DNA of 64,000 bases from Burkholderiales bacterium (lineage in GTDB: Bacteria; Pseudomonadota; Gammaproteobacteria; Burkholderiales; SG8-41): contig JBFWOE010000003.1 of assembly GCA_050250695.1 (NCBI GenBank), positions 4,726 to 68,725 of the forward strand, given 5' to 3'. Below are positions 1 through 10,071 of the stretch, piece after piece. The notes beneath the pieces are model-generated. The model was not told the origin of the DNA. It ran no database searches and saw only the letters and a program-made list of their open reading frames with translations. The translations under genes and the position numbers were made by a program. Within the stretch, counting starts at the first letter, position 1; every line of letters begins with the position of its first letter.

Positions 1-1
1 G

Positions 2-970
2 CGAATATCCGCGGCTTTCGACAGTTTCATGGATGTCCGTGCAAAAAGCGACCTGGATGTCGCCAGCCTCTCGAGAGAAATCGGCATTGATATAGCCGTT
101 GATCTCAAGGGACTTACGCAGGATTCACGACCCGGGATATTCGCCGCGCGGTGCGCCCCCGTACAAGTCAACTACCTGGGCTATCCGGGGAGCATGGGAG
201 CCAGCTACATCGACTACATCATCGCCGACAAAATGCTCATCCCGGATGAAAGCCGGCGGCATTACTCCGAAAAGATAGTCTGTCTTCCCCACAGTTATCA
301 GGTCAATGATCCGAAGCGCGAGATATCAGAGAGGACCTATACGAGGGAAGATTGCGGGCTGCCCCGGTCCGGTTTCGTTTTTTGCTGCTTCAACAATAAT
401 TACAAGATTACGCCAGCCACTTTTGATGTGTGGATGAGGCTGCTCGGTCGAATCGAGCACAGCGTGTTGTGGCTGTTTGAAGGTCACCCGACCGCGGCCA
501 GGAACCTGAAAAAAGAGGCGGAGCGCAGGGGCATCAACGGACAGCGGCTGATATTTGCAGAACGCATGCCCCTCGCGGAACATTTGGCAAGACACCGGCT
601 TGCCGACCTGTTTGTTGATACGTTGCCCTGCAACGCACACACCACTGCAAGTGATGCTTTGTGGGCCGGACTGCCGGTCCTCACCCTTATGGGAACGTCG
701 TTTGCGAGCAGGGTTGCCGGCAGTCTGCTTAACGGCATCGGATTGCCGGAACTCATCACCCGCACCCGGGAGGAATACGAGACACGAGCGATGGAACTGG
801 CAACCAATACGGACAAGATGGCTGGAATCCGCGAGAAACTGGCAAAAAACAGGCTGGAAGCACCGCTGTTCGACTGCCAGACATTTGCCAGAAACATTGA
901 GGCTGCTTACGCAACAATGCATGACCGGCATCACAATCGATTGGCGCCGGACCACATCGACATCAAGTAA
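2..970 (+). CDS. O-GlcNAc-transferase-like (GT41/SPINDLY-type) glycosyltransferase, C-terminal part; gene runs off the 5' edge
   Basis: The frame is open from nt 2. 'VQVNYLGYPGSMGASYIDYIIADKMLIP', 'YSEKIVCLPHSYQVND' and 'FVFCCFNNNYKITP' match the conserved catalytic region of bacterial TPR-GT41 proteins as I recall it. Confidence 0.7.
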   Translation, partial: RISAAFDSFMDVRAKSDLDVASLSREIGIDIAVDLKGLTQDSRPGIFAARCAPVQVNYLGYPGSMGASYIDYIIADKMLIPDESRRHYSEKIVCLPHSYQVNDPKREISERTYTREDCGLPRSGFVFCCFNNNYKITPATFDVWMRLLGRIEHSVLWLFEGHPTAARNLKKEAERRGINGQRLIFAERMPLAEHLARHRLADLFVDTLPCNAHTTASDALWAGLPVLTLMGTSFASRVAGSLLNGIGLPELITRTREEYETRAMELATNTDKMAGIREKLAKNRLEAPLFDCQTFARNIEAAYATMHDRHHNRLAPDHIDIK

Positions 971-1115
971 TGAAGCAATCTCCGCTGCCGGTGCAGGCCG
1001 GCTCAGGATCTCAATTCACTGTTTGGGAGTGCATGAACTGCCGAATCTCCTTCGAGTCCGGCAATCGGCCTTTCACGCCCTGACGTTCCGCAGCGTACCG
1101 TTCACACCTTCAGTC

Positions 1116-1805
1116 TCATTTCGCGTAGGACACCGTCAGGTCACCGACGCCGTCGACATGGCCTTCCAGCCTGTCGCCGCGCTGCACCGGCCCGACGCCG
1201 GCTGGCGTGCCCGACATGATGATGTCGCCGGGACGCAGCGTGATCAGTTTCGACAGGTACGAAATCGTCTCCGGGATGTTCCAGATCAGTTCCGACAGGT
1301 CGCCCTTCTGCTTGACTGCGCCGTTCACTTTCAGCCAGATCGCGCCCCTGGCCGGATGACCGACCATGGCCACGGTTTTGAGCGCGGTGCAAGGCGCGGA
1401 ATTGTCGAAGGCCTTGCCCATTTCCCACGGCCGCCCCATTTTCTTGGCCGCGCCCTGCAGGTCGCGGCGGGTCATGTCGAGCCCGACGCCGTAGCCGAAC
1501 ACGTGGTCCAGCGCCTTCGCCACCGGGATGTCGGCGCCGCCCTTGCCGATGGCGACGATCATTTCGATTTCATGGTGCAGATCGCTGGTCTCCTGCGGGT
1601 AGGGGATGGTCGCGCCATTGGGCACGATGGCATCGGCGGGCTTCATGAAGAAAAACGGCGGCTCGCGATCGGGATCATGCCCCATCTCGCGCGCGTGTTC
1701 GGCATAGTTGCGGCCGACGCAGTAAATCCGCCCCACCGGGAACGCCTTGTTGCTCTCCACGACCGGCAAGGTGACGACGCCGGGAAAATCGATTGCATAA
1801 TCCAT
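1116..1805 (-). CDS. fumarylacetoacetate hydrolase (FAH) family protein
   Basis: 229 aa. 'GRIYCVGRNYAEHAREMG', 'FFFMKP' and 'GDIIMSGTPAGVG' are typical FAH-family blocks. Confidence 0.85.
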   Translation of the reverse strand: MDYAIDFPGVVTLPVVESNKAFPVGRIYCVGRNYAEHAREMGHDPDREPPFFFMKPADAIVPNGATIPYPQETSDLHHEIEMIVAIGKGGADIPVAKALDHVFGYGVGLDMTRRDLQGAAKKMGRPWEMGKAFDNSAPCTALKTVAMVGHPARGAIWLKVNGAVKQKGDLSELIWNIPETISYLSKLITLRPGDIIMSGTPAGVGPVQRGDRLEGHVDGVGDLTVSYAK

Positions 1806-1887
1806 CGTGCTTTCCTTTTCTCTTATTTGAATCGGTGTTTATGACTGGCGGCATGGACTGCCGGTGCGGCGGTGGTGCACACGGGCA

Positions 1888-2421
1888 TCAGGTTCCTTCC
1901 CTGGCATGAACCGCAATCCAGAATCCCTGCGGCATGCGCTGGAACACGACGAGATCGAAGCGCTGCATGAACTTCGGCAGCCACCACGACGGCGGTTGCT
2001 GGATCAGGTGGGCATTGCGGCCGTCGGCCAGCACCTTGGCCGCAGGTCCCGTATGCACGGTAAACAGGCCGTGGCCGGCGGTGACGCGCTGCAGGTCGTC
2101 CAGCACGTTGTCGAGCAAATCCGGTTCGATGTGTTCGAGCACGTCGATGCAGGTCACGAACGGCGCAGGCTGCGGTGTCGCCGCCCATTCCGGACGTGCC
2201 GGATCATAGTGGCGGATCAGCGGCGGATTGGGCAGCAGCGTTTTCAGCGTTTCACCGAGGCGCCCCTTGCCGGCGCCGTAATCGAGCAGTTCCTGCGATC
2301 CCACCTGCCTGAGGATGTCAGCCACGATCGGCGCATACTGCACGGAAGCGACCCCGTAGTTCGGGTTCCTGTGCAGTTCCTCCTGCATCTTGCGGTATTC
2401 TTCGGAGATCAGGGTGCTCAT
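1888..2421 (-). CDS. class I SAM-dependent methyltransferase
   Basis: 177 aa. 'LLDYGAGKGRLG' is a SAM-binding motif I, and 'FVTCIDVLEHI' is a post-I/II block. Confidence 0.7.
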   Translation of the reverse strand: MSTLISEEYRKMQEELHRNPNYGVASVQYAPIVADILRQVGSQELLDYGAGKGRLGETLKTLLPNPPLIRHYDPARPEWAATPQPAPFVTCIDVLEHIEPDLLDNVLDDLQRVTAGHGLFTVHTGPAAKVLADGRNAHLIQQPPSWWLPKFMQRFDLVVFQRMPQGFWIAVHAREGT

Positions 2422-2534
2422 GTCCGTTGCGTGCCCGGCCGGGAATTGGTGTCCGGATGGCCGGACGCGGAACGGCAGAGTTTAAAGAACCCCGCGTCCT
2501 TGTTCAAATCGAAATTCCGCTTGCATCAAACCCG

Positions 2535-2930
2535 GTGGATGCCCCAACCACGCTAGGTGCGCTGTTCCTCAGCAGCTTCCTCGCCGCAACCCTGCTGCCC
2601 GGCGGATCGGAGGCGGTATTGTTCGGCACCCTCAGGCTGCATCCCGACCAGCTGTGGCCCGCCCTCGGGATTGCGACACTGGGCAACACGCTGGGCGGCA
2701 TGTCGTCCTACCTGATCGGACGGCTGATACCGCCAACCCGACCGCTGCGCGGACTCGCCGCGGTCCGGCGCTGGGGCAGTCCGGCCCTGCTGCTGTCGTG
2801 GGTACCTCTGCTGGGTGATCCCCTGTGCGTGGCCGCAGGCTGGCTGAGGCTCAATCCGTGGTGGTCGGCCGGTTTCATCGCCCTTGGAAAATTCGCCCGC
2901 TACTGGCTGATAGCCGTGCTCGCCGCCTGA
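2535..2930 (+). CDS. yqaA: YqaA/DedA-like inner membrane protein
   Basis: 'LFLSSFLAATLLPGGSEAVL', 'LGNTLGGMSSYLIGR' and 'LLLSWVPLLGDPLCVAAGWLRL' are collinear with E. coli YqaA as I recall it. I trimmed the start to the GTG at 2535, and that choice is uncertain. Confidence 0.7.
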   Translation: MDAPTTLGALFLSSFLAATLLPGGSEAVLFGTLRLHPDQLWPALGIATLGNTLGGMSSYLIGRLIPPTRPLRGLAAVRRWGSPALLLSWVPLLGDPLCVAAGWLRLNPWWSAGFIALGKFARYWLIAVLAA

Positions 2931-3042
2931 GTACCCCCGCCGCGGCATTGCGTTAAAATTCGCTGCATGCGCGCAGGCATGCGGCTGCGTGCCATGCAAC
3001 CGGTAACGCTCCCCCATTTTTCATTCCGCAAACCCCGCCGTC

Positions 3043-6000
3043 ATGACCGCCCGCCTGCGCGAAATACCCTACAACTACACGTCGTTCTCCGACCGCGAGA
3101 TCGTCATCCGCCTGCTCGGCGCCGCGCGCTGGGATCTGCTCAACGAACTGCGCGCCCAGCGCCGGACCGGGCGTTCGGCGAAAATGCTGTACGAAGTGCT
3201 CGGCGACATGTGGGTCGTCAAACGCAACCCGTACATCGAGGACGACCTGCTCGGCAACCGCAGGCGCCGCGCCGCACTGGTCGATGGCATGCGCAGCCGC
3301 CTGGCGGAAATCGAAACGCGACGGGAAACGCCTGACGCCCGCGTCAGCGCCCTGCTGGCGGCGGCGCACGATGCAGTCGATGACTTCGAAGCCGAATTCG
3401 AGCAGACCCTGGCGCTGCGCCGGCGCGCCCTGGCCCGCCTTTCACGCGCCACGCGCCGCGACAACGTGCAGTTCGACGGACTCGCGCGCGTGTCGCACGT
3501 CACCGACGCCACCGACTGGCGGGTCGAATATCCCTTCGTGGTCATCAATCCTGACACCGAAAACGAAGTGGCCGCCGTGGTTGCCGCCTGCATCGAACTC
3601 GGCCTGACCATCATTCCGCGCGGCGGCGGCACCGGCTATACCGGTGGCGCGATTCCGCTGACGCGTCACTCCGCGGTCATCAACACCGAAAAACTCGACC
3701 GGCTCGAACCGATAGTGCAGGCAGGCCTGCCGGGCGTGGACCGCCCGGTCGCCACCCTCCGTTGCGGCGCCGGCGTGGTCACACGCAGGGCCATGGAAGC
3801 CGCGGAAAACGCAGGACTGGTATTCGCCTGCGATCCGACGTCGGCGGACGCCTCGTGCATCGGCGGCAATGTCGCCATGAATGCCGGCGGCAAAAAAGCG
3901 GTGTTGTGGGGTACCGCGCTGGACAACCTGGCGTCGTGGAAAATGGTGACGCCGGATGCCCGCTGGATGCTCGTCGAACGCCTCGATCACAACCTCGGCA
4001 AGATCCATGACGTCGCGACTGCCCGCTTCCGCATCACGCGCTACAGGCGCGACGGCAGGACCGCGGAAGGCGAGCCTGAAATCCTGGAAATCCCGGGCAC
4101 CGCCTTCCGCAAGCGCGGCCTGGGCAAGGACGTCACCGACAAGGTGCTCGGCGGGCTACCGGGAATCCAGAAGGAAGGCTGCGACGGCATCATCACCCAG
4201 GCCACCTTCGTGCTGCACAAAATGCCGCCGGCCATCCGTACCGTGTGCCTGGAATTCTTCAGTGCGGTGCGCGAGGCCGTGCCCTCGATCGTCGAAATCA
4301 AGCGCTACCTCGACGGCAATCCGGATGCCGTGCTTGCAGGACTGGAACATCTCGATGCGCGTTACCTGAAGGCCGTCGGTTACGCCACCAAGGCGCGGCG
4401 CGCCGGCCGCCCGAAAATGGTGCTGGTCGGCGACATCGTCGGCGACGACGAAAACGCCGTGGCCGCGGCGGCTTCGCAGGTGGTGCGCATCGCCAATGCC
4501 CGCGGTGCGGAAGGGTTCGTCGCGGTTTCCGCCGACGCCCGCCGCAGCTTCTGGCTGGACCGCGCGCGCACCGCGGCAATCGCGCGCCATACCAACGCCT
4601 TCAAGATCAACGAGGACGTGGTCATTCCGCTGGAGCGCCTGGGCGATTATTCCGACGGCATAGAGCGAATCAACATCGAGCTGTCGATCCGCAACAAGTT
4701 GCGCATCCTCGACGCCGTCGATTCCGTGATGGCCGGCGAACTGCCGGTCGCCAGCCCGGATCCCGGGGTCTCCGCGGCGGAAGTCATCGGGGACCGCCCT
4801 GCGCGCGCGCGCGCGCTGATCGAAGCCGCCCGCCAGCGCTGGCAATGGCTGCTGGACCGCCTGGACCGCCCGGTTGACATCATTCTCGGCGAGCAGGCGG
4901 TCATCCCACCGGATCTGTTATCGCGCCACGCCGGGGGCACGCTGTTCCACGTTCTGCAGGACCATACGCTGCGGGTTTCCTGGAAGGAAGAGGTGCGCAC
5001 GCACCTTGCCGACATCTTCGGTGGCCGGCCGTTCGTCAAAGTCATGGAAACGATCGACGCCGCGCATCGCCAGGCCCTGCGCGGCCGCGTGTTCGTCGCG
5101 CTGCACATGCACGCAGGCGACGGCAACGTGCATACCAACATCCCCGTCAACTCCGACAACTACGTGATGCTGCAGGAAGCCGCCGATGCCGTTGCCCGCA
5201 TCATGCGGCTCGCGGAATCCCTCGACGGCGTGATCTCCGGCGAGCACGGCATCGGCATCACCAAACTGGAATTCCTGCCGGAAGCTCGCATTGCCGACTT
5301 CAAGGCCTACAAGGACCGGGTTGATCCGCACGGGCACTTCAACAAGGGCAAGCTGCTGCCCGGAGCCGCCCTGGGCAACGCCTACACACCGAGCTTTTCG
5401 CTGCTCGGCGCGGAAAGCCTGATCCTCGAGCAATCCGATGTCGGCGCGATCGCGGATTCGGTCAAGGACTGCCTGCGCTGCGGCAAATGCAAACCCGTGT
5501 GCGCGACCCACGTGCCCCGCGCCAACCTGCTCTACAGCCCGCGCAACAAGATCCTCGCCACCGGCCTGCTGATCGAAGCCTTTCTCTACGAGGAACAGAC
5601 GCGCCGCGGCATATCCCTGGAGCATTTCGACGAATTCGGCGACGTGGCCGATCACTGCACCGTGTGCCACAAGTGCGCAAATCCGTGCCCGGTCGACATT
5701 GATTTCGGCGACGTGTCGATCGCGATGCGCAACTTCCTTCGCCAGCACGGCAAGCGCCGCTTCAATGCCGGAGCCCGCGCATCCATGCTGTTTCTGAACA
5801 CCACCGATCCGCGCACCATCCACGTCGTGCGCAAACTGATGATCGACTGGGGTTACAGGGTTCAGCGCATCGCCCACCGTGCAGCCAAAGCCCTGGGACT
5901 GGCCGGCGCACAGACCGGCCGTCCACCGGCCACGGTCGGCAAACCCCCGGTGCGTGCTCAGGTCATCCATTTCATCAACAAGCCGATGCCCGGAAAGCTG

Positions 6001-6876
6001 CCGAAGCAGGCATCACGCGCGCTGCTCGACATCGAAGACGCGCGCATCGTGCCGGTGATCCGCGATCCGGCCAGGGTATCTGAGGATACCGACGCGGTTT
6101 TTTATTTCCCGGGGTGCGGCTCCGAGCGCCTGTTCAGCCAGGTCGGCCTGGCAACCCAGGCCATGCTGTATGACCTCGGCGTGCAGACCGTGCTGCCGCC
6201 GGGTTACCTGTGCTGCGGTTACCCGCAGACCGCGGCCGGCGAGGAGGCCAGGGGCCAGGCCATCACCACCGCCAACCGCGTGCTGTTCCACCGGGTAGCG
6301 CACACGCTCAACTACCTCGACATCAAAACCGTGATCGTGTCCTGCGGCACCTGCATGGACCAGCTGCAGAAATACGAATTCGACAGGATATTCCCGGGAT
6401 GCCGGCTGCTCGACATCCACGAATACCTGCTGGAACGCGGCGTCCGGCTCGAAGGCGCCACCGGGGTGCGCTACATGTATCATGACCCCTGCCATACACC
6501 GATGAAAACGCATGCGCCGATGAAAGTGGTCAACACGCTGATGGCGGCGCCTGTTCTGCCGAGCGAACGCTGCTGCGGAGAGTCCGGAACCCTGGCCGTC
6601 ACACGACCCGACATCTCGACGCAGGTGCGCTTCCGCAAGGAAGAGGAAATGCGCCGCGGCGCCGCACAGCTGCGTTCCGGCGATGACAAGGCCGCCATCA
6701 AGATACTGACCTCGTGCCCGTCGTGCCTGCAGGGGCTCGCGCGTTTTTCCGCCGATGCCGGCACCGAACCCGATTACATCGTGGTGGAAATGGCCAACCG
6801 CCTGCTGGGCGCGAACTGGATGAGTGATTACGTGAACAAGGCGAACAGCGGCGGCATCGAACGGGTGCTGCTGTGA
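3043..6876 (+). CDS. large fusion oxidoreductase: DUF3683-like N-terminus, FAD-linked oxidase, 4Fe-4S dicluster and two Cys-rich (CCG) domains (YdiJ/GlcD-GlcF-like)
   Basis: 1277 aa. '[16 protein letters not shown]' is a FAD_binding_4 block and '[14 protein letters not shown]' an FAD-oxidase C-terminal block. '[11 protein letters not shown]' and '[12 protein letters not shown]' are two ferredoxin-type clusters. 'FPGCG', 'CCGYP', 'HDPCH' and 'CCGESG' are CCG-domain motifs. Confidence 0.85.
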   Translation: MTARLREIPYNYTSFSDREIVIRLLGAARWDLLNELRAQRRTGRSAKMLYEVLGDMWVVKRNPYIEDDLLGNRRRRAALVDGMRSRLAEIETRRETPDARVSALLAAAHDAVDDFEAEFEQTLALRRRALARLSRATRRDNVQFDGLARVSHVTDATDWRVEYPFVVINPDTENEVAAVVAACIELGLTIIPRGGGTGYTGGAIPLTRHSAVINTEKLDRLEPIVQAGLPGVDRPVATLRCGAGVVTRRAMEAAENAGLVFACDPTSADASCIGGNVAMNAGGKKAVLWGTALDNLASWKMVTPDARWMLVERLDHNLGKIHDVATARFRITRYRRDGRTAEGEPEILEIPGTAFRKRGLGKDVTDKVLGGLPGIQKEGCDGIITQATFVLHKMPPAIRTVCLEFFSAVREAVPSIVEIKRYLDGNPDAVLAGLEHLDARYLKAVGYATKARRAGRPKMVLVGDIVGDDENAVAAAASQVVRIANARGAEGFVAVSADARRSFWLDRARTAAIARHTNAFKINEDVVIPLERLGDYSDGIERINIELSIRNKLRILDAVDSVMAGELPVASPDPGVSAAEVIGDRPARARALIEAARQRWQWLLDRLDRPVDIILGEQAVIPPDLLSRHAGGTLFHVLQDHTLRVSWKEEVRTHLADIFGGRPFVKVMETIDAAHRQALRGRVFVALHMHAGDGNVHTNIPVNSDNYVMLQEAADAVARIMRLAESLDGVISGEHGIGITKLEFLPEARIADFKAYKDRVDPHGHFNKGKLLPGAALGNAYTPSFSLLGAESLILEQSDVGAIADSVKDCLRCGKCKPVCATHVPRANLLYSPRNKILATGLLIEAFLYEEQTRRGISLEHFDEFGDVADHCTVCHKCANPCPVDIDFGDVSIAMRNFLRQHGKRRFNAGARASMLFLNTTDPRTIHVVRKLMIDWGYRVQRIAHRAAKALGLAGAQTGRPPATVGKPPVRAQVIHFINKPMPGKLPKQASRALLDIEDARIVPVIRDPARVSEDTDAVFYFPGCGSERLFSQVGLATQAMLYDLGVQTVLPPGYLCCGYPQTAAGEEARGQAITTANRVLFHRVAHTLNYLDIKTVIVSCGTCMDQLQKYEFDRIFPGCRLLDIHEYLLERGVRLEGATGVRYMYHDPCHTPMKTHAPMKVVNTLMAAPVLPSERCCGESGTLAVTRPDISTQVRFRKEEEMRRGAAQLRSGDDKAAIKILTSCPSCLQGLARFSADAGTEPDYIVVEMANRLLGANWMSDYVNKANSGGIERVLL

Positions 6877-6988
6877 TGCGTGTCATTCTGCACACGGTGC
6901 CGCACGGGTCTTGTCGTGCATCGGCGACATGTGACATATTCACTTGCCGTCATTTTCATTCAATCAGAATAATGCGTACCCGTTATCA

Positions 6989-8557
6989 ATGGGATACGCC
7001 ATGGCCACGGTTTTGAGCTCGACACCCGGATTACTGAAAATTTCGACCGTTGCGGAAACGAAGACGTTTCTCGCGCAATTGTCGGCCACCGAACTGGCAC
7101 CTCGCCAGGCGCTGCTGCTGACGCAATTGAGGCTGTTCACGGACGGCAAGATCGCCGGCGGCACGCGCCTGCAGGTGCTCGAGGCATTGCGCGACACCGT
7201 CCTCGAGACACAACACGCGCGCAGCAAGGAATACTGGGGCAAGCCGGTGCCGTTCGATGCGGACACCCGGGAAATCTTCGAGCGCAGCATCGGGTTGTGG
7301 CGCGCGCTGGCCGACGCTTATGAATCCCTGATTGCCGACATGGCGGACAATGGCGACCTGGCGGCACAGGCAGCGACGGTCTGTTACCGGTCGCTGCGCT
7401 GCGCCGGATTTGCCATGACCGCGCACAACCGGGCTTACCATGCGGTCCCCGAAGGGTTGTGGGAGCAGCTGCACCGCCTGTACGCATTTGCCGAAACCGC
7501 GGAGATCACCGACACGCCGGTCAGCGAATCAGGCGGCCATGGCACCGTCAACCTGGCCTACCTGCAGATCGTGCTCACGCAGCGCGCAAACCCCGACTCC
7601 CTGTCCGTGCTGCAGATGAATACCGTGGACCGGGCGCTGGCGCAGTGGGTCGCGCAGGCGCGCCTGTCGAGGGATCCGGTCGGTCCCGACCGTGACAAGG
7701 CACTGGCGGTCGACCTTGGGTCGAACCAGGGTGCACGCCGCCCGAAGAACCTTCCGGGCATCAATCTGCGTTACCTGGATCTCGAGGCATTCGGCGAAAG
7801 GTTGCGGCATACTGCGGTGGCCCTGAAAACCCAAACCCCGGACAAACTGGGGCTCGGCCCGATTGCGCGCGAAGCGTGCGAAAAACTGATGCTCAGCCTG
7901 AACACCTGTTGGCTGGCACCGGGAACCGGCCGCGCCGATGAACGCAAAGCCGTTTCGTTCAATGTGCTCGTGTCGTCCACGATCGCCGCCATGCATTTCA
8001 ACATCAGCGGCAAACCGTTCGCGCCGCCGGATGCCGGCCTCTCATCGCGCGCGCGGTTCGAAATGGCGGGTTTCGAACGGGTCGACGGCCCGTCGGTCGG
8101 TGAAGCCTCGATGCGCAGCCGTACGCTGGAAACCTGGACAGTCGCCAACCAGAGCGCATCGGGCATACTCGGAATGTGCCGCAAGCCCACCGATTCCACG
8201 CACTTGACGCACAACCAGCTCCTGGGCCTGGTCGCGCCCAACGGCAACACCTATCTCGGATTAGTGCAAAGGCTCTGCGTCGAGGCCAACGGCGCGACCT
8301 GGCTGGGATTCAGGCTGCTGCGCGCAAAAGTGCAGGCGGTCGCCGCCCGCCAATCCATCAACGATGTCCCCTATGACCGCGCGCTGCTGCTCGAAGCCGG
8401 CCCGGGGGGGGAGCCGCCCACCATCATCGTCGTCCCCGGAACTTATGCTGTCGGCCGGATACTCGACATGCACGACGGCAAGCCGCACAAGATCCGGCTC
8501 ACGGCCCTCGTCGACCGTGGCTCCAATTTCGAGCGCGCAGCCTACACTGCCGCTTGA
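6989..8557 (+). CDS. conserved hypothetical protein with a possible PilZ-like C-terminal beta-barrel
   Basis: This is a long ORF with normal, non-shadow amino-acid composition. I took the ATG at 6989 as start rather than the TTG at 6944. The C-terminus carries 'SRARF...(about 30 aa)...NQSASG', resembling the RxxxR / (D/N)xSxxG PilZ pattern. The match is tentative. Confidence 0.55.
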   Translation: MGYAMATVLSSTPGLLKISTVAETKTFLAQLSATELAPRQALLLTQLRLFTDGKIAGGTRLQVLEALRDTVLETQHARSKEYWGKPVPFDADTREIFERSIGLWRALADAYESLIADMADNGDLAAQAATVCYRSLRCAGFAMTAHNRAYHAVPEGLWEQLHRLYAFAETAEITDTPVSESGGHGTVNLAYLQIVLTQRANPDSLSVLQMNTVDRALAQWVAQARLSRDPVGPDRDKALAVDLGSNQGARRPKNLPGINLRYLDLEAFGERLRHTAVALKTQTPDKLGLGPIAREACEKLMLSLNTCWLAPGTGRADERKAVSFNVLVSSTIAAMHFNISGKPFAPPDAGLSSRARFEMAGFERVDGPSVGEASMRSRTLETWTVANQSASGILGMCRKPTDSTHLTHNQLLGLVAPNGNTYLGLVQRLCVEANGATWLGFRLLRAKVQAVAARQSINDVPYDRALLLEAGPGGEPPTIIVVPGTYAVGRILDMHDGKPHKIRLTALVDRGSNFERAAYTAA

Positions 8558-8564
8558 GCGGCTG

Positions 8565-9647
8565 GTGCCGCGCGCGGCGGTTTCCGGCGCCGGTTACTTT
8601 TCGCCGGACTACATCACGGCGCGCAACCGCTTCCACATGGCGGCACGGCACGCAGGAGCGGCGCTCGACGCCCTGCCGCTGGCTGCACCGGGGCCCCGCG
8701 GCGAAGCGCTGACCATAGACATCGCCTGGCTGGGCACCGCGCTGCCAAGGCGCGTCCTGCTGCACATCAGCGGGGTCCACGGCGTCGAAGCATTCGCCGG
8801 ATCAGCCGCACAGATCGCGCTGCTCGAAGCGCCGCCGCCGTTGCCGGCCGATGGCGCATTGATACTCGTGCATGTCCTCAATCCCTGGGGCATGGCCTGG
8901 CTGCGCCGCGTCAACGAACACAACGTTGACCTGAACCGGAATTTCCATGCCGATGGCAGCACCTGGACCGGCGCGCCGCCGCTGTACAACAGGCTCGATC
9001 TCCTGCTCAACCCGGCATCACCGCCATGCCGCGACGCGTTCATGCTGCGCCTGGCGGTGAGCGGCCTGCGCCACGGCACGCGCGCTGTGCGCCAGGCCAT
9101 TGCGCATGGGCAACACCGTTATCCGCGCGGACTGTTCTACGGCGGAGCGGAACTGCAGCCGGGACCTGCCGCGTTCGCCGCATGGATCTGCACGCGGCTG
9201 CAGGGGGCAAAGAAAGTCCTCACCATCGACATGCATACAGGACTGGGGCCGCACGCCATGGATACGCTGTTCGTGGAATCGGCTGACGATGCCGCAGCAC
9301 TGGAACAGGCCCTGCGACAAAACCCCACCGGCAGTGCCGCGTCACCTGCCCCCTACACGGTGCGCGGCAGCCTGGGCACCGCACTGCCCCGGCTGCTGCC
9401 CGGGGCGCGCTCAGCTTTCGTGCTGCAGGAAATCGGCACCTGGTCCCCACTGCGCGTGCTGCACGCCTTGCGCGAGGAAAACCGCTGGCATCATTACGGC
9501 AGCGGCGATCCCGACCATCCCGCCAAACGCGGCCTGCTCGAAGCCCTGTGCCCGGCGTCGCCCGCCTGGCGCAGCGCTGCTGTCGAGCGCGGGATCCGGC
9601 TGGTCCGGCGGGCGGCGGATTTTCATTTAGGCGGGAACTCATCATGA
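8565..9647 (+). CDS. DUF2817-type M14 (succinylglutamate desuccinylase/aspartoacylase-like) metallopeptidase-fold protein
   Basis: 'LHISGVHGVEAFAGSA', 'LVHVLNPWGMAWLRRVNEHNVDLNRNF' and 'IDMHTGLG' fit the Zn-carboxypeptidase-like H-x-x-E ... H pattern of this family. I set the start at the GTG at 8565, just after the upstream stop. The longer ORF from 8364 is an out-of-frame overlap. Confidence 0.7.
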   Translation: MPRAAVSGAGYFSPDYITARNRFHMAARHAGAALDALPLAAPGPRGEALTIDIAWLGTALPRRVLLHISGVHGVEAFAGSAAQIALLEAPPPLPADGALILVHVLNPWGMAWLRRVNEHNVDLNRNFHADGSTWTGAPPLYNRLDLLLNPASPPCRDAFMLRLAVSGLRHGTRAVRQAIAHGQHRYPRGLFYGGAELQPGPAAFAAWICTRLQGAKKVLTIDMHTGLGPHAMDTLFVESADDAAALEQALRQNPTGSAASPAPYTVRGSLGTALPRLLPGARSAFVLQEIGTWSPLRVLHALREENRWHHYGSGDPDHPAKRGLLEALCPASPAWRSAAVERGIRLVRRAADFHLGGNSS

Positions 9648-10063
9648 TCTGCGATCTTTGCTTGACCCCTGGCGGAACGGTGCTCTGGCAGGATGCGCGG
9701 TGCTGCGTCGTACATGTCGAGGAGCCCGGTTATCCCGGATTCTGCCGCGTCATCTGGAATTCACATGTGCGGGAAATGAGCGACCTGAGCGAAACCGACC
9801 GCACGCACTGCATGCGCATCGTGTTTGCAACGGAACGCGTGCTGCGCCAGGCCTTGAAACCCGACAAGATCAATCTCGCGAGCCTCGGCAACTTGGTGCC
9901 GCATGTCCACTGGCACGTGATTCCGCGCTTTGCCGATGATCCGCATTTCCCGCAGCCGGTGTGGGGAACCCGCCAGCGCCCGGGGGCGACCACGCGTCCG
10001 GATGTCGATGCCGCCACCCTCGCCGCAGCACTGGCCGCAGAACTGAAAAAAACCGCTGCCTAG
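9644..10063 (+). CDS. HIT (histidine triad) family protein
   Basis: 'VPHVHWHVIPR' is a histidine-triad motif. The ATG at 9644 overlaps the upstream stop as ATGA. Confidence 0.85.
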   Translation: MICDLCLTPGGTVLWQDARCCVVHVEEPGYPGFCRVIWNSHVREMSDLSETDRTHCMRIVFATERVLRQALKPDKINLASLGNLVPHVHWHVIPRFADDPHFPQPVWGTRQRPGATTRPDVDAATLAAALAAELKKTAA

Positions 10064-10071
10064 CGCCTGCC

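Noticed and set aside
555-1844. 429-aa plus-strand ORF
   Set aside because: It overlaps the GT41-like gene out of frame and the FAH gene antisense, and both of those have clear family motifs.
4918-5970. 350-aa minus-strand ORF, plus many 60-230-aa ORFs within 3043-6876
   Set aside because: All lie inside the well-supported 1277-aa oxidoreductase gene, either on the opposite strand or out of frame.
8404-8411. G8 homopolymer where the PilZ-like gene overlaps ORF 8364-9647. A 1-nt deletion would fuse the two long ORFs, raising the question of phase variation or a frameshift error.
   Set aside because: The annotated frame after the tract ('TIIVVPGTYAVGRILDMHDGKPHKIRLTALVDRGSNFERAAY') looks like genuine beta-strand protein. 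The alternative frame ('SRPPSSSSPELMLSAGYSTCTTASRTRSGSRPSS') is typical off-frame low-complexity sequence. I see no evidence for a real fusion.
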